From: Lytechinus pictus
Taxonomy: Eukaryota
DNA length: 64,000 nt
Assembly (NCBI RefSeq): GCF_037042905.1
Contig: NC_087252.1
Span: 22,508,001 to 22,572,000, forward strand
Reading direction: 5' to 3'
Shown here: positions 48,346-62,153 of the stretch, one piece after another
Layout of the letters: every line of letters begins with the position of its first letter
Numbering within the stretch: the first letter of the stretch is position 1
Made by a program: the position numbers and the translations under genes
Notes under the pieces: generated by a model
Seen by the model: only the letters and a program-made list of their open reading frames with translations
The model's database searches: none
Told to the model about the DNA's origin: nothing

Positions 48346-49290
48346 CAGGGCCGTAGCCAGAATCATTTTGTTGGAGGGGGGATGTACCAGCTAAATTTGC
48401 CAAATAAATCTGGCGCGATAGCGCCAACGTGCGCGCACGGGGGCTGGTGGGGGATGCGCCCCCAGTGGGTAACGGAATGGGGGAACCAACAAAAATTTTG
48501 AGCCACTTAGAGGGCGCGCGAAGCGAGCTCAATAGCCAGGTATTGTGACCTAATAAAGACATTTTAAGGACTGTGCCATTAAAATTATAGGTATCTCACT
48601 GATCAAATAACACGAGCGCGAAGCGCGAGCTGAAATTTTTAGATATTCAGACCTTAAAAAGGGACATTATAAGCATTTTCTTTGTAATCATAATGCACAC
48701 CTGTCCCACTAAACAAAAAAAATGCGAGCGCGAAGCTCGAGCTAATTTTTTTGTATATATCATCCCCGAACAAGGATATTTATTTTTAAGGACTATTTTT
48801 CTTTAAAGAATTCACAAAGAGCATACAGTATATGTACTGTATGCTGTTTTTTTTTTTAATAATTACACCTATAAACATGAAGTCATTGTAATCATGAACA
48901 TGATACGTATCTCTCTAATCAAATATGTGGGCGCGAAGGACGTGGTGATTTTTTTTTATTCAGACCTGAAGAGTGGCATTCTAAGGCTTGTTTGTAGGAA
49001 TTCGTTAAGACCATACGTATTTCACTAACCAAATGATGCGAGCGCGACGCGCTAGCTGAATCTTTTTTTATATTCAGACCAGAAGAAATTGGCATATTAA
49101 GGACTGTTTTTAGGAATTCATAACCAGATGTATCTCACCAATCCACTTATGCGAACGTAAGCACGGACTAGAAATGTTTTATATTCAGACTTAAAAGGGG
49201 GCAATCACTTTAAGAAGTCATGAAAAGAAGCACATGTTACTTCATAAAATAATAAAAGCTCGAAGTGCGAGGTTGTTGATAGGCCCAGGG
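48346..49290. mobile_element. Non-autonomous element with GCGAGCGCGAAGCGCGAGC subrepeats
   Basis: CAGGGCCGTAGCC start and ~110-120 bp subrepeats. Related sequence at 52400-53350 and 54490-55990. Confidence 0.55.
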
Positions 49291-52200
49291 CAGTGTCGGA
49301 CGTACCATGGACCTATGAAGAGATGGACATTCATCACTTAGATAATTATGAATTCACTAACAGGTGACTTAAATTGTCATGTGAATGACATTCTCTTCAT
49401 ACTAGTCTTCTTTGGTCCTATGGTGTCACCGTGAGAAGGGACTGAAGCAGTTCGTGACTGGACATTTTTTATATTTAACAAATTATATGCGCAATAGATA
49501 ACAAATCACTTATTGGAAAATCGATATGCAGTTATTGTTTACCTTTGGTAATCTTAGTTCCATGTGTTTTATTTGGGGACATGTCTGCATATTTTAAAAT
49601 AGAGGCAATATTGTGATTGATCGTTTACCATTTAAAATGTCATTTTCCCAAGTTTCTCCATAATATTCCAGATATTCGTGGTACATACCATGTATGGATC
49701 GTGTATCTCTCAATGTTATTGAGGTCCTTATGTGTGAGCGGTAATTAGCGGATCGAATTATGTCATATTTCATTATCATAAAAATCGTCTGCTTCTCAAG
49801 TTTGCTGCTCCAAATATGAAGCATGTTGACTGAAAGGCACATGCTGAAACAGGGTATCAGCCAACAAAAATCAAGACCGGGAAACTGTTCCGTCTTTGGG
49901 TGATCAGATCATGGACCTATGAAGAGATGGACGATTAACACGAGCATTTCTTTGGTCCAATGATAGTCACCGTCGCCTGGTTATGTGTATCTTAAAGGTA
50001 AATTATGTCATTGGTTTATTTCAAAACTTTCTTTTAAATTTCGCTCTTTGCTTTCCACGATATTCATAAACAAGTTCTGAGTCCATACAATGTATTGCAT
50101 TGGCCAGAAAGAACTGTTTTTATTCTCAAAAAAATATATAAAGATGAGAAGATTTGCCGAGTGAGCTTTTTTTTATTTATTTTTAGAACTAACATAAAAA
50201 ATGAAGAGCGCCACCTTGAGACCAAATGACATCAATACCTGCTCATGAATATTCATATCTCTAGCTCTCGCCTCTGCGCGAGTGTCAATCAAGTGACGAT
50301 ACACGGTACGGACGCATGGGCGGGTACGGAGTCTGTACACCGTGAATGCACGGGTTTCTTTCCCGGTTTCTATTGCATTTCGTAGAAAGCGTGTACATTG
50401 AAAACAAAGTCTGACGGCTTTTTCCTTGCTTTCATCTTTGCTTCGTTGATCTGTATTGTTTCTCTATTTCTCCAGGGTATGGAGGGAGGGAGGTAGGGAG
50501 AAAGGTGCTTGTGAAAGGGAGAGAAATGGCTATATTCTTATTTATTATATTTTTTCTAGTTTTTTATATGTATTTTTGTTTTGTTTCCGATTCACTGAAT
50601 TGTTATCAGTTTCTTCAGGTTCTGTATTTTGATGTGTTCATTATTATCACGTGTAGTAATAGACGTTGTAATTTCTTAATTGTTTAAATAATAGGTCTAT
50701 GCTACAAAAATTAGAAATCATTTTGTATTGAACTAGCTTGGCCGCCAATTTCGTTATTTGCTTTGTGTGTCATATAGCTCTCCACCACTGAATTCGTCAT
50801 ATACTGCCTCAACGTATTTATCAATTAAATTGGACAAATACCGCGTGGCCTAGTGTTTTTTACAATATCCAGGGGCGGATCCAGCTTTCACTAATAAAGA
50901 GGGAGGGGGGTTGAAAAATATTTTCCCCGATCGATCCGCAGCTCAAAGCTATTTTTTGTATCTATAATAGTCGTAACAGTTACTCATAAGCCCTATAAAA
51001 AATGCGAGCGCGAGGTAAAATTTTCGGAAATCGTGTATTGTGTCCTGAAAAATGACGGATCCATGCTGCACGGGCCGGCTGTGCCCCCCCCCCCCCTTCA
51101 GAGGCACAATCAATATTTCTTATGTAAAAATCTATCAATATAATCATTTTTTTTTTGCTTGTCACATTTTCCTCGGGAAAATGTGCCCCCCCCCCTTTGA
51201 AAAATCCTAGATCTGCCTCTGAAGATAATCATAATAAAACAAAATAATTCTTCATTTCCGTAAACCGTTCTCCCAGCGGGCCATTCTAATACCCCGGCAA
51301 TAGCTGGGCTAACTGCGCTCAAGCATTTGAATGAGTAAATGGTAGTTCCCTTGTTTGTTACTAAGGCCTGTTTTTGTTTATATCGATTAGCTGATATTTC
51401 TTTAATTTGATATGAATAATACCTTTTTATTGTAATCGCTATTACTATGTTTTATTATACAAGGACCAAGATGAAAAAACAGTAATTACAACTCTGATCT
51501 TGTGAACCTGTTTAAATATGACTGAATGAATAAATAAATTAATAGGTATTGATAAATAGATATTCCATCGAACCCGAGGCAATGCGAACACGAAGCGCGG
51601 GCTAAATTGTTTTATGCAGTGACATGGTCGATCCCGGGCCCCCAAGTCTGAATTACCCTCACCTTATTTTATTCATTCTTCCTCCTTATATTTTTTCTTC
51701 TTCCCCCACCCTCTGCTTTACATTCTATTACTTGTTTCCCTTTCTTTCCCCCTATTATGCACCGCCAATAGGGTGGGGGCGCCCCGTTGGCCTCCTGGAT
51801 CCGCCTATGATACCGGTACGTCAGGCCTGTATATTATAAGCGATTGATGTTTATGTAACATCGATTAACCCCCCCCCCCCGAAAGTTTCTCTTTGTATTT
51901 TTCTTTTCAACTTGTTATGGTAGTATTTACTAAACAAGTATCACGTTTGACTTTGTCCAACTTTGTGACCAAAACTTTAGTACGGTTTTCTCAGTGAAAT
52001 TGATGATGACGTCTCCTGGGCGGGTGCCTCCCCCTTCACCCCACTCCTCCTTGGTCCTCTGGGCTTGGCGAATAAAATTGCGTACGTATCATGGAGAGAT
52101 ATATCGAGGACATACAGCTAGGCGGAATTATTTGGGGAAGGGGTCTTCCATTTCTTTGTTATTCCGAATTTCCGATGATGGTTCAGCGAATGTGCTCTAT

Positions 52201-53629
52201 GCAAAATCACGTTTTTTGCACGACTTCTAAGCGCTGGGCATGTCAACGGACAATAACAAAATAAATGCAAACATGTCATGGATCGAAATGGTAAAAAATA
52301 TATATTTTAAAGAAAACCATCGTTATCAAAATTTGATGCAGTCAAACCAACATGTTTTGTTAATACCAGTTTCAACTTACATTAAAAATTATAACCCGAG
52401 GCCATATTAGCACCGGGGGGAGGGGGGGGGGGCAGAGAGCACTTGCACCCCCCCAAAAAAAATCCCAGTAGGAAAAAAAAAATCAAAATGGAAAGTGCCC
52501 TTCTTTCAAAATGATGTGTGCCCCTTTTCAAAATAAAATACCTTTTTTGAAGTCAAACAATACATTTTAGGTTAGAAAATCACAAAAATTTTTGCTCGCG
52601 CTTCGCACTCACATCATTTTGAAAGAAGGGCACTTTCCATTTTTTCCCTACTGAGATTTTTTTTGGGAGAGGGGTGCAAGTGTTTCGGTTACAACTTCTG
52701 CTTACAATGTTCAATTTTCAAGTTTGAATATCACAAATTTTCAGCTCGCGCTTTCCGCTTGCATCAATTATTGTTTATTCTTGGTTTCAAAACTTAGAAT
52801 GTCCATCAGGTTGAAATATCACAAATTTCGGCTCGCGCTCGCATCAATCATTATTTATTGGTTTCAAAAAGTGCTTAGATTGTCCAGTTTTCAGGTTGGA
52901 ATATCGCACTCGCGTCCATTATTCAGTTACATACACATCTTTTTCATGACAACAAAAACAATTGCTCGGAATGCTTGATTTTAAGGTCTTATTAGTACAT
53001 GCAATATCCAAAATTTTGACCCCGCGATTTGCGCTCACAACATCTCGCAAGGATGCTCTTTTAACAATAATTTGCGCGGTAAATTGACCAAAAAGCGAGT
53101 TTCACAACTTCAGATTTGAAAATGTTTCCAAACCGCTTGCTTGCTACGCTCGCTCCCAGAAAAATAAAGCCTGATTACATATTTAATCAATCAAAAAAGA
53201 CTTCAAAAAGGCTTTGCTCAACTTAATTAGTATAAAACGCACAACTACTTAACGCAGATGATAATCTCATGGTGAAAATTTCAATTGCATAAAAAATACA
53301 TATTAATGCCCTCTTTTGCCCCCCAAATGAAAATACTTTCCGCCGCCCCTGATTATCACCCATCGCACTTGCTGGTATTTTTATTTATCGTCATTCCCCC
53401 CCTCAAAGAAAAAACTTATACTTTTGCCCTTTATTTAGCCTGCAATGGAACTTGCAGGAAATTTTATTTAAACGCGAGCATATCAAACAGGATGCAAATG
53501 GAGGTCTATTCAGCCGGGCATTATTTATACGCTTTGGATTCTTGTTTGCCTAGAAAATGTAAAATATTTCAAGAGTTCTTATATTTTCATTACATCTTTG
53601 TCCTTATTTCTCTATATCCGTAGCTCCAC

Positions 53630-56378
53630 CATGCGCGTATTCGAGGGCCCTCGGGGCACGCCCCCCCCCCCCCCCGGGTAGGCAAAAAAGGGGCGCCAAA
53701 ACTAGGGAGAAAAGGGGATAAAAAATGAGGGAAAGAACAATAGAAAGAGAAAAGGGGGAAAGAAAGAGAGGAAGAAAACAAAAAAGGGAAAGGGGAGCGC
53801 CGAATTGATGTTCGCCCTAGGGAGGGGGGCACCCAATCGATAGTCGACCTATAGGGGCGCCGAATTTAAGTCCAACATAGATAGGGGAGCCGAAATGATG
53901 TTCGACATTGGGGGCATCGACTTGATGTCCGAATTAGGGAGGCGCCGAATTGATGTTCGACCTAGGGGGTGCCAATTGATGTTCAGCCTAGGTGGGGGGG
54001 GGGGGGATTAATGTTTTACCTCGGGGCGCCGTATAGATGTTCCACATAGGAGGGGCTGCATTGAAGTTCGGCATAGGGGCACCGAGGGGGCGCCGAATTG
54101 ATGTTCAAACTAGGGGCTGGGGCGCCGAATCGATATTTTCTATAGTGTTGCCGAATTGATGTTTGACACAGGGGACGCCGAATTGATGTTCAACATAGGG
54201 GGTGGCAAATTGATGTTCAACCTAGGTGGAGGGGGGGGGGGCGAATTAATGTTTTACCTCAGGGCGCCGTATAGATGTTCGACATAAGAGGGGGCCGCAT
54301 TGAAGTTCGACATAGGGGCTGGGGCGCCGAATCGATATTATTCATAGGGTTGCCGAATCGATGTTTGACATAGGGGGTGCCTAATGGATGTTCACCACAC
54401 GAGGGCGCCTATTTTATGTTTGTCCCGGTGCGCCAAATTCAGGTTCAATTAATCAAGGGAGGGGGGTGGGCGCCAAATTCATGTTTGCTCGCATCAAATA
54501 CTCATCCTGTTCATGATTACCAAAAGTGCCTATAATTTTAGATCAGAATACAAAAAAAAATCATCCTACTCTACGTTCTCGCATTAATTGTTTAGTAAGG
54601 TGACGATCCTGTTCATGGTTAGATAAGTGCTTAGAATGTCCGACTTTGGATTGAAATATTAAAAAAAATCAGCTCGCGCTTCACGCTCGCATAAACTGTT
54701 TTGTTAGTGCTCATCTTGTTCATGATAATCGAAAATGCTTACTCGAATGTACAAATATTAGGTAAGAATATGAAAAATTTTCATCTCGCTCTTTGCGCTC
54801 GCATCGATATTGTTTAGTTAGATGACAATCCTGTTCATGATTACAAAAAGTACTTAGTCAATGTCAAAATTTTAGGCCAGAATATCAATAAATTTTTAAG
54901 CTCGCGCTCCGCGCTCGAACAATTGTTTAAATAGATACCTATCCTTTCCATGGCTATAAAATATGCTTAGAATTTCCAGTTTTGGGTCGGAATACCAAAA
55001 ATTTTACGCTCGCGCCTCTCGCTCGCATTAAATGATTTGTTAGATACCCATCCTTTTCATGATTACCCAATAATGCTTAGAATGTCCAAATTTTAGGTCA
55101 GAATATCAAAAAAATTTAACGCACGCTTCGCGCTCGCATTAATTATTTAGCTTGATACCTATCCTGTTCATGGTTATAAAACACATGTGAAAAGTGCTTA
55201 TAATGTCCAGTGTTGGGTTGGAAATTCAAAAATTGTCAGCTCGCACTGCGCGATCGCATAAAATGTTGACAGATACCCACCCTGTTCTTGATTACCAAAA
55301 ATGCTCATAGATTTTTCCAAATTTTAGGTAAGAATATGAAAAATTTTCATCTCGCTTTTTGCGCACGCATCAATATTGTTTAGTTAGATGACAATCCTGT
55401 TCATGATTACCATAAGTGCTTAGTCAATGTCAAAATTTTAGTCCAGAATATCAATCACTTTTAAGCTCGCGCCTCGCGCTCGTTCAAACAATTGTTTAAA
55501 TAGATACTCATCCTTTCCATGATTACAAATTAGAATGTCCAGTTTTGTGTTGGAATATCAAAAAAATTAAGCTCGCGCCTCGCGCTCGTATTAAATGATT
55601 TGTTAGATACCCATCCTGTTCATGATTACCCAATAGTGCTTAGAATGTCCAAATTTTATGTCAGAAAATCAAAAATTTTCAACTCGCGCTTCGCGCTCGC
55701 ATTAATTATTTAGTTAGATACCCATCCTGTTCATGATTATAAAACACATGTGAAAAGTGCTTATAATGTCCAGTGTTGGGTTGGAAATTCAAAAATTGTC
55801 AGCTTCCACTTCGCGATCGCATAAAATGTTGATAGATACCCACCCTGTTCTTGATTACCAAAAGTGCTCATAGATTTTCCAAATTCTAGGTAAGAATATG
55901 AACAATTTTCATATCGCTCTTTTCGCTCGCATCAATATTGTTTAGATAAAACATATACCCATCATGTTCACGGTTGCAATAAAACTCAGAATGTTCGATC
56001 GGAAAAGAGATGAAAATATCCCCTCCCCTATTGGCGAAAGCTGGATCCGCCCCCGGTTAAGAAATTACAGCTCGCGCACATAATTTTAGTATGGTCTGCC
56101 ACTCTGATGAGAAGTTGAATTAAATTGAAACCCAAAAATGCTTAAAATTCTGTGCTTTCTGGTCGCATTTATTTTTTTCATTCATGGATGTTTTTTTTCA
56201 TGAACACATTAAAAAGTGGTCTTCGATGCCTTTTCACGTGATTATGAAATACGATAATTCAGACTGCATTTTAGGCACCTATGATTGCCGTGCTGGGCAG
56301 GTCGGGGTGCCATTTCCGAAAAGTTCACAGGGGCGCCAAAATAGTCGGGCTCAATCAGGGATCCTGGATACGCGCATG
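53630..56378. mobile_element. TIR-bounded composite element containing two satellite arrays
   Basis: CATGCGCGTAT...ATACGCGCATG ends (no TSD found). A ~29 bp GGGGCGCCGAATTGATGTTCG array at 53795-54480 and a ~113 bp array at 54490-55990. Confidence 0.6.
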
Positions 56379-59300
56379 TCCGTTGGACATCGTTTCCAAC
56401 ATTGTACCTCCTTATCTATACCGGCGTGATACTAGGCGCTAGTGCATGGATCGGATCGGTTTACTTCCATTTCGTCTGATGCCAACTCGTCAACTATCAT
56501 TATTTGGTTACCATCAGTTCGTTCACTATCCACATGCATGCATTCCGTCTAATAACCATGTCATTTAGTCCATATACAATTTGGTTATTGGACGTGTTAT
56601 TGTGCAAAATGAATGAAAATGAATTGGATACTGGACTAACTGGACCAAATGGTTGTTCGATGAAATGTTGATGGACGGATTGGCATTGCATGGACTAAGT
56701 GAAAAAGACCATGTGGTGAATGGATGAGTTGGCAGTTGACGAATTGGCAATTTACCAATGGACCTACTAGTACTAGGCCACTGAATTGAACTTGTCATGT
56801 GCCATAACACCTAAACTGCTTCTTATATCCGATACCCCCTCCATCCTTAGCTCGGCCGCCCCAATAAAGGGAAGGAGGAGAGAGAAGAAAGAAATAGATT
56901 GTTGAAAGGGAATCAAAAGAACGATCAAAAGGGCATTTGAACGCAACATAATATTATACTCTGTTATTGTTTGAATCGTTTCTCTCTCATGAAATTTATA
57001 TTTTGAATATATATCGTTTCAGTCATTCTCATTATTTTACTGCATAGCGAATTACAAAACGTCCTATCCTCGTTTCCGCTGACCACACATGACATTATTT
57101 ATCATTTTATTATTATCATGCAATGAAATTCATACTGTTTTTACACGCTGCGTCGGCTGCCACTTGACTACCTTGTAAATATTTTTCTGATGATATTCAG
57201 TTGAAATCAGTTGCGTTCAAAATAAGGCTTGGGGCTGTATGGATTCCCAAATTTGTCACGGCCAAGAAAAAAAAGGAAAGAGAGAAGGGAAACTATTATC
57301 AGAATATCATGTCAAAATCTATCATAGATTACAAAAAAAATCAAGATTTGTGCCCTATATGTATATCTGGCCCCTTCATATGTGTTATGTTCATTATTTA
57401 TGCCACTGGTTAAAATTAAATTCAACTTAAAACATTTTCCCTTTATCATTGCATTATACATTCATGAATAGTGAAAGCATGTTCATAACATCTTTCTGTA
57501 TGTTTCGCTGTTTATACAATTCCTAACCTTATGTTGTGTGTATTCCTTATATTCGCATTCTCAATGTTATTTTTCTCTTTATTTCAATATTATTCTCACT
57601 TTATTATGGTATGCCTATTCAAGAAAGTATTACTTGTTTGCTTGCCCCATGACAGCTTTGCCTTCACTTTTGCAGATCGGAGTGTCTCTCAGTCAGTATT
57701 CAGAGCTATTACTGTATTCTCCTTGACCCCCCCCCCCTGTGAGTTGTAAAACACCCATAAAGGCAAAATATTATATTTTTATCGGCAACATATTTGCATC
57801 ACATCACCATAAATTAAATACATCAGAATGGGCGTATACCCATTTAACCTCGCCAGAATGGGCTTGCCCAAAAATTTCAAACACAAATTTCTTTTTTTCC
57901 CCGAAAGTCATCACCGCTTGGAAGTATTTAGGCGACTTTCCCGCCCCAAAATATTCTTATTCCTACAATAGTGCAATCCGTCACGAACACCATGCACGAT
58001 TGGCCTTTCATAACTGATCTCCAAAATAGTTGAACCATATTCCAACACTTTCTACGATCAATACGATCGCCTTGACTGATCTGATACTTTCTGATACGAT
58101 TAACTATTCCGCGATTATATGCCTCTTGGAAGCGGGGGGGGGGGGGGGGGGCTGGGGAGCTGGGGATGCGGCATGTATTATTTTCCATGGGCAGCACCCC
58201 CTGCAATTCTGATAGGTGTCAAATTTGAGAAATGTATGGAATGACCGACGATGTTTTTCTTTTGCTTTGTCAATTTTTTTTCTGCAGGTAACCCCACCAA
58301 AAAAAATTCGTGACAGTGTGAACTGAGAGCACATTTTTTTTTCAATCATCAAAAATGATTATTATATTATTTTCCCCATGAGTTGTGAAATTTTGACACG
58401 CCGGGATCTCCTTGGTCCCAATCCCAATGAAGAATACATTTCCTCGGCTATAAAACAACAGTTATCATTCGTTTTTCCTATATTTATAGCAGGAAAATGG
58501 GAGTCCCAATTCCCGGTTCCACTTTCATCGCTAAATAAGTCTACGTTATGCCAATCAAGATGTGAGTGATGTCTTTGTCCTGCTCACGTCGCCACGCACC
58601 ACAGTCATTCACATTTTTCAACAGTTGAACTGCTCGTGCACCCACTGTATGCGTGTATCCCGGAGGCCTATCTTCCTCTCATTTGTTGCAATAAAAGTTC
58701 ATCTTTCCATCTATTTTTATTTGTTTATTGTTTATTTAATAAGGGGTAGCCCATTCAACAACAGCTCCCATGGGGCGCCCCTATCTATTATTCGTCATTG
58801 GTATCCATTTGTCTTTGTCCATCCATTCTTGGGGTTAGGCCTATACATTTATCGGATGATCCATTCATATATATGCCTATTCATCCATCTATTCATTCTT
58901 TCAGTCATCCATCCATCCACTGATGGATTGATTAGGCCTATACGCTACCCCCCACCCTCCCCATACTGGAGAAATACTCTGCGACCCATTCTCTGGAAAT
59001 CCTTATTGATACACGTTTCATAGCAGACGTAAATTACTATCCCCTCGGACGTTGCTTCTCCAAGTTTGCTTAGTCTTCTTTCACGTACTTCGTTGCCCTG
59101 TTTCAAACGGCATGACTTGTAAAGTTCTGTTGTAAAACATGCCGGTCGGCCCCCGGGGTCGGCTCCGAAATTCACCCCTCTGCATACCATAGACCGTAGC
59201 GCCGCGCAATATTGAATACACTCAACTTCTCATTACTCCATATCTAGCTACAAGCTTTCTTGTGTGGCTGCAAGAATAAGAGTTTTCCGAGAAATCTTGC

Positions 59301-60215
59301 CCCTTACGTCTACCCCCCTAATTTTTTTTGCTTTCGCTCATCACGCCTCTGCTCTGCTTGTAAAGATTGACCAAATAACACTGTACATATTGGTCGCATA
59401 CACACACTGGCACGGTCTACACGATGTAGACTACGCTACATACTTCGCATCAACAGGTTTCTCAGTTCAGTCTAAACAACGAAGAATAATCCTACTTTCA
59501 TGACAATACTGTGTGTCCTCCATGGTCCCATCAACTTTTATCTTCCTTTTATGTTTTACTATTTTGTATCCCGCCCTGAAAATAATCGTTTTTCTCTTCG
59601 CCCTTCCCTTTCTTCATACTCGGCCCTAGACAGAATGGGGGTGGCCGTCTATATATATACATATGAAAAATTTTCATCTCGCTCTTTGCGCTCGCTTCAA
59701 TATTGTTTAGTTAAAATTAGATGACAATCCTGTTCATGATTACCACATGTGCTTAGAATGTCAAAATTTTAGGTCAGAATATCAATCACTTGGGCTTAAA
59801 AAGTGATTGATATTCTGAACTAAAATTCTGACATTCGAAGCACTTTTGGTATCATAAACTGGATTGTCATCATAGATATCTCTGATTGTCATCTACCTAA
59901 CAATATTGATGCGAGCGTAAAGAGCGAGGTGGCCGTCAAATCAAACTCGGCCCTTGCCCTTCTTTGGGATTCTCGTATCTCTTTTAGTCTTGGAGTACTT
60001 TCAGATTCATGACATTAGATTCCGAAAGTAAGCCGAATTGGGCAATCCTTTGCTTCGTCATTCACGTTCGATAATCCAAGTGTCTGAATCCTTATTCACG
60101 TACGATACAATCATGGAGCTATAGCTCCATATAATATGCTTGTCCAGTGTGCTATCGCTAATAGTGGATTATGTCTAAAGTAAACGTGCATGCAGAGCGC
60201 AAGCATATCGCTAGC

Positions 60216-60497
60216 TAGTCCACCTCCTGGACTGTTGGTATTTTGTACGATACGACTACAAATCACAACACACTACATCCCCATAACACGCATACACACA
60301 CCCCCTGAATAGTCACACGAAACAACTTTTTTTTTTCGGGGAAAGTGAATCAGTGGTTAGGTGAATCACTGGGGGTAAGTAAATCAGAGGAGGGTGTGTG
60401 TGTGTTGGTTATGTGTGCACGTGGGGGTACCGGTACGGTCCGATAAGGTTTGCCCCTGGTTTGCCCAATCAATAAAAATCGTCCAGGACGTGGACTA
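60216..60497. mobile_element. MITE with TAG termini and 9 bp TSD (AcademH- or Mutator-like)
   Basis: TAGTCCACCTCCTGGAC...GTCCAGGACGTGGACTA, flanked by ATCGCTAGC on both sides. Confidence 0.8.
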
Positions 60498-61606
60498 ATC
60501 GCTAGCCGGCTAGCATCGGCTCATTGAGCCTGCACGCAACGTTCGGTGTTTGCTTCTACTCAGCTACTTCTGCACACAGCGCTGCACTTTGTTGATACGG
60601 GGATTTCTTGATACCGCGCATGCGCCATGACGTATTTCATCGATATGCATGAGGTTGTAATGAATATGCATGATTCGAACGGTGTTCTAATATCAATTTA
60701 TTTGTTAACTCGAGAGGGCGGAAACAAAATACATAGGTTAACCGAGATAATATAATATATATTTCACCCCTCAATATCATGAAAACAGAAGAGTTATACC
60801 AATTTCTTTTGAGTGATAAAGTAGAGCATTGGTATAGATATTTAATGAAAATAATATCTTTACAATTGATTCACTGACCTTGTCTGAGATTAACCAATCA
60901 TACACTATACCTTTAATAGGAGTGGTCTATACATGGGTCAAAAATACTTTTTTGTCAATTTAATATGGCAACAGTTTTTATTTATTCCTCGAAATGTATC
61001 TCAACATGAAATGGTAATATTTTTTGTCTCGGGTACGAGAAAAAAGTGTGCCGGGCCAAAATCCAATATGGCCGCCACCCCCCCCCCCCCCCCCCCAATC
61101 ACAGTTTTGGCCACAACTTCTTTATTTGGTGGTCTTTTTCTCTGGTTTTGGTGTCTATTGATGTGTTTTGTGGGGCAGGTTATCTGTTTTACCTGAAATT
61201 AATACTTGAAAACCATTATTTGTAGAGTTAAAGGGTGATTTTACCTAAATATACACCATAATGGTTAGTTTCGGTCATGTTCGCTCATTTGGTTTAAGTA
61301 GCAGACGATGCTAGCCAGCTAGTATATAGTATACTTACGCAGACCCTATTGCAAATTAAAAATCTATTCCGGACTCGATATTTGCTTCCTCAAACTGTAG
61401 CTATATTATGAATATCAGAAGGCAAAGCTTTATAGTACAAGGACATTGTTAGTTTCAACATTAAATGCGTTACTTAAGTTTGTTTGGATTGTATTAATTG
61501 TTTCAAATGATAAGGGTCTAGGAACGGTAACTATCATACGTTAGTCACGTCACGTTGTACACAGAAATATGCCATGTTCTGCCTGCTCGATCTCAAAGTT
61601 TGGGAG

Positions 61607-62153
61607 AACAAGGCAAAAGCGATTTTGTGTCTCGCCCACTTATGAAAATAACCAGAAATATCGTGATTTGCGAGGGCGCGCAACAGAATTATATCGAAAC
61701 TTCATTGTGAAATGACTGGGATGGAATAACACTTGTCATAAGAGCCTTGCACGCAAACTTACAATGTGAGCTCCGACTGCAGCCTAACATGCAGGTCCCC
61801 CAAGTCCATCTACCATCCAAGTTTGGTTGAAAAGCGACTTACGGTTGCGGAGTTAAGTGTCATAAGAGAGTCTTGCATGTAAACTTTAACGTTGGTCTGC
61901 ATGTAATCTTTAACGTTGACCTGAAAATTACCTTTGACCTTATCATGTGACCTCCGACTGCAGCATAACATGCAGGTCCCCCAAGTCCATCTACCATCCA
62001 AGTTTGGTTGAAAAGCGACTTACGGTTGTGGAGTTATGTGTCATTAGGTTTGTGACGGACGGACGACAGACGACAGACGATGCCGGACGACGGACGACAT
62101 ACGACATTTGGATCCCTCAGTCTCGCCTTCACCTCTGGTGGGCGAGACAAAAA
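61607..62153 (-). mobile_element. Helentron-derived HINE
   Basis: The reverse strand reads TTTTTGTCTCGCCCAC..AGGCGAGAC, a (CGTC)n-like microsatellite, an internal ~180 bp duplication, then 3' GTGGGCGAGAC..CTTGTT. Confidence 0.8.

Noticed and set aside
50870..56055. Single 5.2 kb hAT element from matching CAGGGGCGGATCCAGCTTTC ends
   Set aside because: There is no TSD, and this terminus is shared by several interspersed MITEs, so the pairing is ambiguous.
58562..59503. ORFs of 79-153 aa as a fourth gene
   Set aside because: No recognisable domain and no consistent exon chain could be built.
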